A DNA stretch of 64,000 nucleotides, taken from Desulfomonilia bacterium. GTDB taxonomy: Bacteria; Desulfobacterota; Desulfomonilia; UBA1062. The position numbers and the translations under genes were made by a program. How positions within the stretch are numbered: position 1 is the stretch's first letter; each line of letters opens with the position of its first letter. The DNA lies in assembly GCA_036567785.1 (NCBI GenBank), contig DATCTV010000027.1, positions 97,384 through 161,383 on the forward strand, written 5' to 3'. The notes under the pieces were generated by a model that saw nothing but the letters and a program-made list of their open reading frames with translations, searched no databases and was not told the DNA's origin. Shown here piece after piece: positions 42,401-50,900 of the stretch.

Positions 42401-43426
42401 GCTCTGTTCCAGGCTCCTGAGAACGATTATCTGCTGCTTGTTGCCCACCATCTTGTTGTAGACGGGGTATCCTGGAGAATATTGCTTGAAGACCTGCTTG
42501 ACGGTTCGGCAAAGGCCGCTACAGGTCAGGAGATCGTGCTGCCGCCGAAGACCACTTCATTTATGGAATGGGCCAGCCGCCAGTCAAAATATGCCGGTGA
42601 GGAAAGGGTCCAGAACGAGCTTGAATTCTGGAATAATGAAATCAGTAAAATAAATCCTGATATTCCGCTTGACCATGACAGTGGTGTAAATAATGTCGAA
42701 TCCTCCGATTTCGTCCGTTTCGACCTCACGCATGAAGAAACGGATAACCTTTTGAAGCATGCACATCATGCATACAATACCGATGTGAATGATTTGCTTA
42801 TTACTGCTTTGATGAGGGTAGTGCTGTCATGGACGGGAAAAACGGATATGGCCTTTGATCTGGAAGGTCATGGAAGGGAAGATGTAATATCAGGTGTCGA
42901 TATTACGAGAACCGTCGGATGGTTCACCACTCTGTTTCCTGTAGTACTGAAGACTCCGGGAAACGAGCTTTCATCTCAGATTAAATATGTCAAAGAGAAG
43001 CTCCATACGATTCCTTTCAAGGGTTTCAATTATGGAGTGCTTAAACATCTTTGCGGTAAGGATCTCAATTCCGGCTCGCTTATCAGTTTCAATTATCTCG
43101 GACAGATAATTGCGGGAAGCGCAGACGGATCGTTCAAGCTGGCGAGGACAAATGTACCGCATGTGATAGCGGGCAGGAACAAAAGGGCTTTCCTCATCGA
43201 TATCATTGCGATGGTTATGGACGGAAAATTGAGAATAGACTGGATTTTCAGCAGAAACAAACACCGCCGGGAAACGATTGAAGGGCTTACCCGGATGTTC
43301 AGAAATGAAATTGTAAAGGTGGTTGAACACTGCATGAATCCGGACAGTTTTGATATCACACCTTCGGATTTCGGTCTTGCAGGTCTGAATCAGGATGAAT
43401 TAAACAGACTGTCCGATTTTGAATGA
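31661..43426 (+). CDS. NRPS 1: FAAL-FAAL-ACP-C-A-T-C-A-T-E (lipoinitiation plus modules 1-2)
   Basis: Two complete fatty acyl-AMP ligase domains: SSGSTGDAKG...YGMAEA...WLRTGDLG...GRHKDVIFVNGQNYY...TSGKAQR, and SSGSTGDPKG...YGMAEA...WLRTGDMG...GRRKDIIFVNGQNLY...PSAKVKR. Carrier GGNSL. C domains MNHIISDGWS and HHIISDGWS. A cores YTSGSTGRPKG and YTSGSTGLPKG. T domains GGHSL and GGDSI. E domain HHLVVDGVSW. Acidic COM-like C-terminus ...PSDFGLAGLNQDELNRLSDFE. The start is either ATG 31661 (GGGGGA ribosome-binding site) or GTG 31595. Confidence 0.9.
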   Translation: MEYIHSRDSISRGPELNILPYFARTLPELLRNSIVVGPDRGVIFVDADGTETKLSYKNLLEDASKVLTGLRLNGLEPEDKVVLQIENDRLFLTVFWGVVLGGGIPVPLALPNSFPISEGSEKVANVCALIGDPFIVTDKAPSEYKDIVSRSVLLADELTVNIPAQDYHNPDPDDIAYIQFSSGSTGDAKGVTLTHRNILTNIYAILEASTNQEQLALRDELLSHPLKEYNIPYSVCSWLPYSHDMGLIGFHLTPMAGSMLQIKMSTTTFVINPTLNLILIDKYRVTQIPSPNFGLLWMLYMIKDESIKGIDLSCIEVLFNGAEPISPLAVRLFIDRFRQYGFNPKAMFPVYGMAEAALMVTAPPMGTDILYHMLDRESFTKEHVAIEAKADLPVIEFVDEGYPAMGMELRIVDNEDNVVKEGTVGHIQIKGPNVTSGYYKKEELNSELFCDGWLRTGDLGFLLNGRLTVTGRHKDVIFVNGQNYYSHDIEEELQQLPFVGFKNMVVCGVTDHSRGTESIVLFIKTKKSKESLIELLGKINKHLANKIRVGIESIVPMHDIPRTTSGKAQRFILRERYEAGDFRDREAKRLEPNIYNENVPKVVQPPLKREGVSARKKDLNLNGLINDLPFAIAESKVHQFLPQVVKNLPQVLRIACTIAPDSGILHVDENGNEHLQTYASLMNSAEKVLRGLRAHGYKPGDQAILQIENSDEFLVAFWGIILAGVIPVPLPIPGTFPISEGMERITKVCGVLDKFCIISDQPERSYRSLGKVDFLSIEELLTYEPDKNHHNPDTDDVAYLQFSSGSTGDPKGVMLTHYNLIYTIDASAKCMFDVRGNDIRPTLGYGIHILKHKFGRNKGVGGFAKLLNKISMSGLGEKISSSKYGKYILDTALIFSGIKVSAYTDMRIDEIKIVNWMPYSHDMGLIGFHLAPTMGGMDQIKLEPKTFIQKPALFLKLIDKYRGTHVPCPNFAAQWLTTQVDDDDIKGIDLSCIKSLTNGSEPISPLVSRDFIKKYEKFGLDSRSMFMCYGMAEASLQVTAPPVFTEPVFHKADKDVFLKDQIILPTVSDEDSIELTDVGGPVAGMKIRIVDDNDNLVHEFTIGHIQIQGPNVVKGYYNNEAANKDLFCGEWLRTGDMGFMKNGRITITGRRKDIIFVNGQNLYAHDIEEQIRRVPGMAFREFAIAGLRDLDSDSEKIIFFINTAESITSLSSLLSRINENLVSTIGIKLDFIVPVPEIPRTPSAKVKRYSLREQFEKGMYETVVSVNDIGEVLAASRDEKGFELTAVEQRIIEIWRDVLGIDAISKFDNFFDLGGNSLRATKVTSRLREEFSIELGLKVIFEHQTVETLAEAVESLTRTEREKFPEIKRLEKAEYYELSHAQKRLWLLDKVVPDSPFYNIPGAVLIDGVELDFAVLRDSLQAVADRHETLRTVFVTVNDEPVQVVNDSFKVEMPVYDLRHEEGKEERLQAIISEEKVRPFDLEKGPLFRVMIIRLSETKNVFMIVMNHIISDGWSMSILVQEVIGNYLALNSKSPSPYSELPVQYRDFAFWQNRLLEGEGIKVQEKYWLENLSGKLPLLNLPTDRPRPAIQTQNAGTARIKIDQKTLNGIKELARKEDVTMFMLTLALFDVMLSKLSGQEDIIIGAPIAGRNNSQIEPLIGFFVNVLPMRIDLSGNPDLSELLKRVKKTAIGAYANQEYPFDRLVEVLNPVRDLSRTPIFDITFEFREASANPFAGSGISGITIKDVTGDDPNSRFDMSVTGYEEPDGITMRFEYNADLFKRETIERFMEYYKHIIEDVLMNPEKRIADIEMLSSSEKTRILKEFNESAFPVPEGETMPSIISAKVREFSDRPAIIFKDEEITYAGVDILSNRVATFLISKGVAPGDMVAILSNRCPEMIIACLGIWKAGAAYVPIDPDYPSERIRLMIEDSGAKVLFLQRDLLNMIPECGIVTAALDKGSEVWQSSGNAPDIHIKPDMLAYIIYTSGSTGRPKGTMIPHKNVINFALWYSRFFNFTEHDRGTNLSGVAFDATVLEIWPCLASGACIVSLDRRLGEMMPEELAQWMIDKKVTKTFIPTKLAEIFVGMDFEGLSLNLMTTGGDRLSFVPRHPSYALFNVYGPTETTVLSTYMDISRWNNEDGNPPIGRPTGNTLIYILDKYLKPVPVGVVGQIYIGGAGVGRGYFNDPEKTAKSFIPDPFKGGEARMYASGDLGRWLPDGNIDFIGRSDFQIEIRGYRVEMGEIEAVLSSHEQIRECVVIDKKDSEDQIRLAAFYLAESPLSNEELHSYLKIYLPHYMIPSQFIYLESLPMTPNGKLDREALIRMVTLEASQTEYIEPRTETERLLVDIWKDILNVERIGVMDNFFDLGGHSLKATRVMSRIKSSLNVDVPLRVMFEQPTIRDLALAIQGMKSGESVSSDIPVLEKRDYYEISNAQKRLWFLDKLILDPSSYNVHADVLLEGKLDTDVLRKAFQAVVDRQEGLRTTFSTVNGRPVQVITDRLEVEMPVVDMTGKSEDGPEVKLVIDLEGAYHFNLEKGPLFRIKMLKLGDDKHILMLTMHHIISDGWSLGILLREVAAEYAAFINNAESVLPPLKIQYRDFSAWQKSLLENGLLKDQEDYWVKKLGGPLPFLDLPVDRPRPPIQTNNGAVHTIKLDETLTQNLRNCAKTQDITLFMLLLSSFGVLLSKLSQQQDIIVGSPIAGRNHHDLEELIGFFINTLALRMDMSGDPEFNKLLAQVKQTCLDAYANQDYPFDRLIDILNPTRDTSATPVFNVMFVLENATDDLSEARLGDLRFKNITHDRGVAKFDITLIASEEAGLIKMQFEYNTDLFNKETIERFGNFYVKLLNEISADPTKKLSALDILDGAELNKILVEFNATDSFYPKDKCPYDLFEEQVNKTPDKTAVVFEGKELTYRELNEKSNMLARYLRARGVEKEVKVGLLVERSDDIITSVLAVHKAGGAYVPMDPAYPKARLEYMLEDSKSPVLITQSHLLERIANCPATAVCLDTDWPEISTESGDNLEPVAGPENISHLIYTSGSTGLPKGVMIEHRNVTAFLYWCLEEFSFDEYEEMIFSTSMCFDLSVFEMLLPLITGAKVIVLRSSLDLDDYFSSGNTATMVNTVPSALKHLLNIAGRKHRIKAVNLAGEPLKLDLVKEAYSKLDVDMVRNLYGPTEDTTYSTNFRVNRNFNRQPLIGRPISNTKAYILDKHMKPVPIGVKGEIYLSGHDLARGYWNAPEKTAQRFIPNPFSSEFCPYIYKTGDLGSWLPDGNIEFHGRVDYQVKIRGNRIEMGEIETRLSEHPSITDAVVIDKDDAEGNKYLAAYYVADEDISVTDLRAYLKESLPDYMIPSRFIFMESLPLTPNGKVDRNALPEPEGLRPSVESEYVAPRDEIEKILAEIWQEILGIEKVGIFDNFFELGGDSIISLQVVNRLNQHGYRLHPKDILQRQTIAELSSAVVAIETASAEQAPVSGVSPLTPIQHWFFNQNPENENHYNQALLFVSKDRLNGGDILHKALQGILDHHDVLRSRFIDGEQRIEGLGEKVNFITKKIDSEDVLDEEIDKVQSSLNIKEGPVFRAALFQAPENDYLLLVAHHLVVDGVSWRILLEDLLDGSAKAATGQEIVLPPKTTSFMEWASRQSKYAGEERVQNELEFWNNEISKINPDIPLDHDSGVNNVESSDFVRFDLTHEETDNLLKHAHHAYNTDVNDLLITALMRVVLSWTGKTDMAFDLEGHGREDVISGVDITRTVGWFTTLFPVVLKTPGNELSSQIKYVKEKLHTIPFKGFNYGVLKHLCGKDLNSGSLISFNYLGQIIAGSADGSFKLARTNVPHVIAGRNKRAFLIDIIAMVMDGKLRIDWIFSRNKHRRETIEGLTRMFRNEIVKVVEHCMNPDSFDITPSDFGLAGLNQDELNRLSDFE
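33600..35435 (+). other. FAAL domain 2 (approximate bounds) with a roughly 70-aa insertion between the A3 and A4 cores (about 34130-34400), followed by an ACP (about 35500-35730)
   Basis: THYNLIYTIDASAKCMFDVRGNDIRPTLGYGIHILKHKFGRNKGVGGFAKLLNKISMSGLGEKISSSKYGKYILDTALIFSGIKVSAYTDMRIDEIKIVNWMPYSHDMG. The equivalent segment in FAAL1 is THRNILTNIYAILEASTNQEQLALRDELLSHPLKEYNIPYSVCSWLPYSHDMG. Confidence 0.65.
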
Positions 43427-43436
43427 GGAGATTGTA

Positions 43437-46400
43437 ATGTCATATCTGACGAAGCAGAACATAGCAGATATATATCCCTTATCGCCCATGCAGCAGGGCA
43501 TGCTCTTCCACACGCTGTATGATTCGGAGACTTCCGCTTATTTCGAACAGTTCAGCTGCAGGATTGAAGGGCCTCTGGATCTGCCATGCCTTGAGAAGGC
43601 ATGGAACCACCTCATCGATGCATATCCGGTTTTCAGGACCGTCTTCAACTGGAAGGACACCTCAAAACCTGTTCAGATCGTTTTGAAGAAGTATCCCATT
43701 GTCCTTGGCGTCCACGATATTAAAGACCTTGATGAAAGTTCCCAGAAAGAATGGATCAGGGATTTTCTTGCAAAGGACAAGGCCTCCTCATTCGATCTTG
43801 GCAAAGGGCCTCTTATGAGGCTGAATGTAATTGAACTGGGGCATAATGTTTACTATTTTCTCTGGAGTTATCACCATATACTTCTTGACGGCTGGTGTCT
43901 TTCTCTTATCATGAGCGATTTTTTCAGCTCTTATACCACTTTGAAATCAGGTCAGCCTTTGTCCCGCATAACACGTCCTCCTTATAAGGAGTATATAGCC
44001 TGGCTTTCCAGACAGGACAGGAAAAAGGCCGATCAGTTCTGGGGTGAATATCTGAGGGATTTTGATACTCCGACTGCCCTGCCATGCGACAGACCTCATG
44101 AGGGAGGCCTAAACGTAAAAGAAATACAGCTGGAACTCAGTGAAGAGACGACAAACAGGCTTGAGGCATTTGCCAGAGAACAGCGCACAACACTGAGCAC
44201 CGTTATTCAGGGTATCTGGGCAGTGCAACTGAGCCGCTACAGCGGAACCGATGACTGTGTTTTCGGCATAACCGTTTCAGGACGGCCGCCCCAGCTTAAA
44301 GGTTCCGATGCCATGGTCGGCCTGTTCATAAATACCCTTCCGGTAAGGGCCTTGATTGACAGACAGAGCACCTTTTCTTCGTTTCTGAAGAAATTCAAGG
44401 AAAGTTCAACGAGCGTAATGGAATACGAATATTCGTTTCTGCCAGATATACGTGCATGCAGTGCGGTTTCACCCGGCATGAACCTGTTTGACAGCATTAT
44501 AGTCTTCGAAAATTATCCCCTGGACACCTTTGCCGTCGGTTCCGATATGAAGGTATCGGATATCAGCGCTAAAGAGGCGACAAACTATGATATCTGCATT
44601 GTATGCGCACCCGGAAAGAAGCTCGTTCTGAAATACCTCTATAACGAGGAAAAACTGTATCCTGAGAGTATGGAGCGTATCAAAGGCCATACCCTGACGC
44701 TCATCAGTGAGGTGCTGAACAAGCCTGATACACCGCTTTCAGAGCTGGAGATCATGACACCCGAAGAATATGAGCAGGTCGTCACCGGTTTCAACTCTAC
44801 CAGAAGACCATTCCCTGAAGATAGGTGTCCATATCAGCTCTTCGAGGAACAGGTTTTGAAGACACCTGATAATATTGCAGTGAGCTTTGAGGGCGACTCC
44901 ATTAATTATAAAGGGCTCAATGAACGTGCCAACAGACTGGCGCACTATCTAAGGTCGAAAGGTGTCGGGCCGGAATCCAAGGTTGGTCTCATGGTAAGCC
45001 GCTCAATCGATATGCTCGTGGCAATCCTCGGGATACATAAGGCAGGCGGGGGTTATGTCCCCATGGATCCCGAATATCCCGGAGCAAGACTTGAGTACAT
45101 GCTGGAAGATTCCGAGAGTCCCGTGCTTGTCACGCAGAGCTTCCTTCTTGACAGGATAACGAACCGGCCGGGCAACATAGTGCTGCTTGACAATGATTGG
45201 GCTGAAATCGAAAAGGAAAGCCCGGACAATCCGGAACCGGTTGCCGGGCCGAAAAACCTGTCCCATCTGATATATACTTCCGGTTCGACCGGTGTCCCGA
45301 AAGGTGTCATGATCGAACACCGCAATGTAACGGCATTTCTTTACTGGTGTCTGGACGAGTTCACCTTCGATGAGTATGAAGAAATGATATACTCGACATC
45401 TATGTGTTTCGATTTGTCAATATTTGAGATGCTGCTTCCTCTGACAACGGGAGCCAGGGTGATCGTACTGAAGAGTTCACTCGATATCGATGATTACCTT
45501 AGCGCCGGAGGAACCGTCACCATGGTCAATACGGTTCCGTCAGCACTGAAGCATCTGGTAAATATTGCCGGGAAAAGGTACAGAATCAAGGCGATATGCC
45601 TTGCAGGTGAGCCACTCAAGCTCGATCTGGTAAAAGACGCCTATGCCAGGCTCGATGTGGATGTAATAAGAAACCTCTACGGCCCGACCGAGGATACCAC
45701 ATATTCCACGGGATTCAGAGTCCCAAAGGATTTTGACCGTCAGCCCCTTATCGGAAAGCCTCTGTCCAACGGCCAGGCTTATATACTGGATAAGAACCTG
45801 AAGCCTGTTCCCATAGGCGTGCTTGGCGAGATATATCTATCAGGCGCCGGGCTTGCGCGTGGGTACTGGAACGCACCCGAAAAAACCGCTCAGCGGTTTC
45901 TTCCGAATCCGTTCAGTACGGGTGAGTATCCTTTTATCTATAAAACCGGAGACCTTGGACGATGGCTTTCAGACGGCAATATAGAGTTTCACGGAAGGGT
46001 TGACTATCAGGTAAAGATACGTGGAAACCGTATCGAGATGGGTGAAATCGAGGCCCGTCTGGCTGAACATGAAAAGATTTCCGATATTGTTGTTATTGAT
46101 AAGGATGACAGGGAAGGGAACAAGTTCCTCGTTGCCTATTATGTAGCCTCAGAAGAGCTGTCAATTTCGGAATTAAGGGCATTTCTCAAAGAAAAACTGC
46201 CCGACTATATGGTGCCGTCACGCATGATAAGACTGGAAAGCCTTCCGCTTACACCAAACGGCAAGGTGGACAGAAAGGCGCTTCCCGAGCCTGAAGGCAT
46301 GCAGCCTCAGGTTGAAACGGAATATGTCGCACCCAGGGACAAGCTTGAACAGCTGATTGCCCAAATCTGGCAGGAGGTCCTTGGTGTTGACCGTATAGGC

Positions 46401-47921
46401 ATTAATGACAACTTCTTCGAACTCGGCGGTGATTCCATCATAAGTTTACAGGTTGTAAGCAGGCTGAAAAAAGATGGCTATGAAATAAGGCCGCGCGACA
46501 TATTCGAGCACCAGAGTATTGCCGAACTTGTAACGGTTGTCAAACATGCGGCCTCTGCTGTGGCGGACCAGGGTGCGGTTGTCGGCATCGCGCCTTTGAC
46601 GCCTGTCCAGAGATGGTTTTTCGAACTGCCGCTTGTCAACAGGAATCATTTCAACCAGGCATTGATGTTTAAATCAAACATCAGACTGGATGATGAAAAA
46701 CTGAAGAAAGCGCTTCAGGCTATCATCGACAATCATGATGTCTTAAGGGCCCGTTTTATGCCCGATAAACAGGAGTTCATGCCTATTGGGGCGGAGGCGA
46801 AACTGACGGTTAAATCCGTATCCGATGAGAACATGGACAATGAGATAAAAGCCTTGCAATCATCGCTCGACATAGGAAAGGGGCCTTTAATTGCGGCAGG
46901 ACTTTATCATGCGCCGGGGTGTGACTATCTTTTGCTTGCGGCACATCATCTTGCAATCGACGGCGTATCATGGAGAATTTTGCTGGAAGATCTTTTTGAA
47001 GGATATGCAGCCTTATCAGACGGCAAGGCAATTAAACTTCCGGCCAAAACGACCTCTTTCCTGGAGTGGTCCATAAAGCAGGGCCAATATGCATCAGGCA
47101 AGGATGTACAGAAGGAATCCGGCTTCTGGGAAAAGAGCCTGGCAGATTTGAAAGTTGATCTGCCTCTGGATATTGATTCAGGACCCAATATCATGGAAAC
47201 TGCTGATGTTGTAACAATTGATATTGATGAAGAAACGACAGGATATCTGTTGCGTGATGCTCACAAGGCCTATGGCACCGAGGTGAACGATCTGCTCATA
47301 ACGGCACTGATGCAGATAATTTGTAAATGGACTGGCTCAAAGAGTATTGCGTTTACGCTTGAGGGGCATGGCCGGGAGGATGTTATCAGCGATGTGGATA
47401 TATCCCGTACGGTCGGCTGGTTCACCACGATGTATCCGGTGGTTCTAAATTGCCCTGAATCAAACGACCTTGGGGATCATGTGAAATATGTCAAAGAATG
47501 CCTGCATACAATACCTTTTAGAGGGTTTAATTTTGGAGTCCTCAAATATCTCTCCGGCAGGGACTGGCCTGTCAATATGGGCATAAGCTTCAATTATCTG
47601 GGGCAGCTTGCTGCATCCGGGCTAGGGGGAGTTCTTGATCTTGCCAGGGCCGATGTGCCCTTTACCGTGGACGGGCGAAATCCTCGTGCAAATCTGATTG
47701 ATATAATCTGTGCGGTAAAAGGATCACAGCTCAGTATCAATATGGTCTTCAGTACAAATAAACATAATAAAGAAACAATCATGAAACTTGCCGAAAAATA
47801 CCGGGAGGAACTGGTTAAGATTATCAGCCATTGCATGAAACCTGAGAGTTTTGATGTCACACCATCTGATTTCAAACTTGCCAAACTGGATCAGGAGGAT
47901 CTTGACAACATTTACGAATAG
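43437..47921 (+). CDS. NRPS 2: C(DCL-type)-A-T-E (module 3)
   Basis: N-terminal COM-like acceptor MSYLTKQNIADIYPLSPMQQGMLFH. HHILLDGWC. YTSGSTGVPKG. GGDSIISLQ. HHLAIDGVSW. The ATG at 43437 has a GGAG ribosome-binding site. A TTG at 43419 overlaps the NRPS 1 stop. The A-T-E unit is about 80% identical to module 2 of NRPS 1. Confidence 0.9.
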   Translation: MSYLTKQNIADIYPLSPMQQGMLFHTLYDSETSAYFEQFSCRIEGPLDLPCLEKAWNHLIDAYPVFRTVFNWKDTSKPVQIVLKKYPIVLGVHDIKDLDESSQKEWIRDFLAKDKASSFDLGKGPLMRLNVIELGHNVYYFLWSYHHILLDGWCLSLIMSDFFSSYTTLKSGQPLSRITRPPYKEYIAWLSRQDRKKADQFWGEYLRDFDTPTALPCDRPHEGGLNVKEIQLELSEETTNRLEAFAREQRTTLSTVIQGIWAVQLSRYSGTDDCVFGITVSGRPPQLKGSDAMVGLFINTLPVRALIDRQSTFSSFLKKFKESSTSVMEYEYSFLPDIRACSAVSPGMNLFDSIIVFENYPLDTFAVGSDMKVSDISAKEATNYDICIVCAPGKKLVLKYLYNEEKLYPESMERIKGHTLTLISEVLNKPDTPLSELEIMTPEEYEQVVTGFNSTRRPFPEDRCPYQLFEEQVLKTPDNIAVSFEGDSINYKGLNERANRLAHYLRSKGVGPESKVGLMVSRSIDMLVAILGIHKAGGGYVPMDPEYPGARLEYMLEDSESPVLVTQSFLLDRITNRPGNIVLLDNDWAEIEKESPDNPEPVAGPKNLSHLIYTSGSTGVPKGVMIEHRNVTAFLYWCLDEFTFDEYEEMIYSTSMCFDLSIFEMLLPLTTGARVIVLKSSLDIDDYLSAGGTVTMVNTVPSALKHLVNIAGKRYRIKAICLAGEPLKLDLVKDAYARLDVDVIRNLYGPTEDTTYSTGFRVPKDFDRQPLIGKPLSNGQAYILDKNLKPVPIGVLGEIYLSGAGLARGYWNAPEKTAQRFLPNPFSTGEYPFIYKTGDLGRWLSDGNIEFHGRVDYQVKIRGNRIEMGEIEARLAEHEKISDIVVIDKDDREGNKFLVAYYVASEELSISELRAFLKEKLPDYMVPSRMIRLESLPLTPNGKVDRKALPEPEGMQPQVETEYVAPRDKLEQLIAQIWQEVLGVDRIGINDNFFELGGDSIISLQVVSRLKKDGYEIRPRDIFEHQSIAELVTVVKHAASAVADQGAVVGIAPLTPVQRWFFELPLVNRNHFNQALMFKSNIRLDDEKLKKALQAIIDNHDVLRARFMPDKQEFMPIGAEAKLTVKSVSDENMDNEIKALQSSLDIGKGPLIAAGLYHAPGCDYLLLAAHHLAIDGVSWRILLEDLFEGYAALSDGKAIKLPAKTTSFLEWSIKQGQYASGKDVQKESGFWEKSLADLKVDLPLDIDSGPNIMETADVVTIDIDEETTGYLLRDAHKAYGTEVNDLLITALMQIICKWTGSKSIAFTLEGHGREDVISDVDISRTVGWFTTMYPVVLNCPESNDLGDHVKYVKECLHTIPFRGFNFGVLKYLSGRDWPVNMGISFNYLGQLAASGLGGVLDLARADVPFTVDGRNPRANLIDIICAVKGSQLSINMVFSTNKHNKETIMKLAEKYREELVKIISHCMKPESFDVTPSDFKLAKLDQEDLDNIYE

Positions 47922-47935
47922 ACGGAGGAACTCAA

Positions 47936-50900
47936 ATGACGTTTGTGACCAAGGAAAACACGCAGGATATATATCCCCTGTCTCCGACACAAAAGGGGAT
48001 GCTGTTTCATACCCTTTACGATGAAACAACTCCTGTGTATTTCGAGCAGGTCGCTTTTACAATCAACGGACAGCTGGATATAGATAAACTAAAAGAGGCA
48101 TGGACCAGACTGATTGCCATAACCCCGGTATTCAGAACGGTTTTCAAATGGTCAAAGGTCAAAGACCCGCTGCAGATTGTACTCAAGGAACTCCCAGTCA
48201 TTTTCGAGGTGCATGACATCAAGGGATTGGATGATAAGGAGCAGCAGCGGCGCATCGGGGAATTCCTGAAAAAAGACAAAAGAAATCTTTTCGATATGGA
48301 AGAAGGGCCGCTTACAAGACTCAACATCTTTATCCTGGCAGGGAATAAATACAAATTCATATGGAGCTATCACCATATAATTCTGGACGGCTGGTGCCTG
48401 CCTATAATTCTTAACGACCTTTTCTCGATATATCTTGCTGTAGCGACGGGCGGTGCAATGCCAAGAATTACCCGGAGGCCATACAAAGACTATATCGCCT
48501 GGTACCTGGATCAGGATAAGGAAGAGGCTGTTGATTTCTGGAAAGGGCTTCTCGGGGACTTTCAGGCTGCAACGCCGCTGCCTCTTGACAGAAGGACGGC
48601 CGACGGTGCCGTAACATCCATGGGTGAAGAGAAGGTTCTTCTTTCTCCTGAAATGACCGAGGCCCTGCTGGCCCTAAGCAGAAAGGAACATGTTACGCCC
48701 AGCACTGTGATGCAATCTGCATGGTCCGTTCTTTTAAGCCGCTACAGCAACAGTGATGATGTCGTTTTCGGTACAACAGTCTCAGGCAGACCTGACAAAC
48801 TGAAAGGTTCTGATGAAATGGTCGGCCTGTTTATCAATACCCTGCCTGTAAGGGTTCGCTTTGCTCCCGGCATGAAGATTTCCGAGCTGCTCGGCTATTT
48901 GCAGAAGCTTTCTCTCTCAATCAGGGAATACGAATACTCTTTCCTTCCGGAAATAAAGGCTTTAACCGCTCTTCCCAAAACGCAGAATCTGTTTGACAGC
49001 AATGTGGTGTTCGAGAACTATCCGCTCGCTTCTGCCGGAGGCGGGTCAGGTATGGGCATTACTGATGTGCAGTCCGTAGAAATGACCAATTTTCCCATTA
49101 CCCTTTTGGTCATACCCGGCGAAAGTATGGAAATGGCGATCCAGTATGACCGTGCAAGATTTGACAGTAAAACAATAAGCCGGATGCTCGGGCATATGCT
49201 TCAGGTATTGTCGGCATTTATAAAAGATCCTTTCCAGGAAGTGGGCCGCATTGAAATACTGACTGAACCTGAGAAGGAAATGCTGAACTCATTCAATTCT
49301 ACTGAGGTACCGTATCCTGATACATTATGTATCCAGGAACTGTTCGATCGCCAGGTTGATATAAGTCCTGACAGGACAGCCATCATTTCTGGCGAGAAAA
49401 GCTTGAGTTATATCGAACTCGAAAGAAAATCGAATCAGATTGCACACTTCCTGAGGGATAAGGGCATCAAACCGGATAGTGTAGTGGGTATTTTTATTGA
49501 GCGTTCCGTTGAAATGATAACAGGTGTGCTCGGGATAATAAAAGCAGGCGGGGCTTACGTGCCCCTTGATCCTGAATACCCGGCGGCGCGTCTGGAATAC
49601 ATGCTTTCCGACTGCGGTGCGCCGCTTATACTTACGAAATCCGATATGCTTTCCAGGATGCCTGCTTTTTCCGGGGAAGTACTGTGTCTTGATGACGACT
49701 GGGACAGGATCGAACAGATGCCGTCCGTAAGGCCCGAACTTGTAAATACGAGCAGGGACCTTGTTTATGTCATCTACACATCAGGATCCACGGGCAATCC
49801 GAAGGGGATAGAAATAGAGCACAGAGGTCTTGTCAATTACATTACGTGGGCTGCGGGTGCTTATGATGTTCCGGGCCATGGCTCTTTCCCGCTCTATACA
49901 TCCATGTCATTTGACCTTACGGTTACCAGCATGTTTCTCCCCCTTGTCTCAGGCGAGTACATATCTATCATGCCGAGCGGCATCGATCCGACAACACTTG
50001 TTGAACATGTCCTGACATCTGGTACGGATATCGCAAAATTGACGCCTGCCCACCTGGAGATTGCGGACAATCTTACCGAGAACGGACTGGAGAAATCGGC
50101 GTCGCTCAACCGCTTCATCCTGGGTGGGGAAGCCCTTTCAGCAAAGACATCACGATCGTTTCTAATCCGGCATCCGGGTTCGGTAATTTTCAATGAATAC
50201 GGACCAGCCGAAACAGTTGTCGGCTGTATAGTATATGCATTCTCAGAGATCGATTCAGAGTGCACGAATGTGCCTATCGGGAAACCTATTGCAAACACAA
50301 AGATCTACATCATGGACAAAGACCGTAGACTTGTCCCGATAGGCGTACCGGGTGAGATCTATATTGAAAGTCCCGGTGTTGCGCGCGGCTATCTGAATAA
50401 GCCCGAAATCTCGGCAAAAAGCTTTGTGCCGAGTCCTTTTGATCCGGCAAAGACCATTTACCGGACTGGTGATCTTGCCAGGTGGTTTGCAGACGGAAAT
50501 ATTGAGTATCTCGGCAGGGTCGATCATCAGGTCAAGATACGGGGCTACAGGATTGAACTCGGTGAGGTTGAGGCGCTTCTGGCAAGCTATAACGGAATAC
50601 ACGATTGTGTTGTTGTTGACAGGGATGACAGGGCGTCGGGGAAATACCTTGTGGGATACTATGTTTCAGAAGATGAGATACCTGTAACAGACATAAAGAA
50701 CTTCATGAAAGAGAAGCTTCCCGAATACATGGTTCCGGCACGTTTCATGAAACTGGATATGCTGCCGCTTACTCCCAACGGCAAGGTTGACCGTAAAGCC
50801 CTTCCGGAAGTTGACAACGTCATCTCCGGTGACGAGAGCTCGTTCGTGGCGCCCCGGACTGAAATCGAGCATGTAATTGCAGATGTATGGTGCCAGGTTC

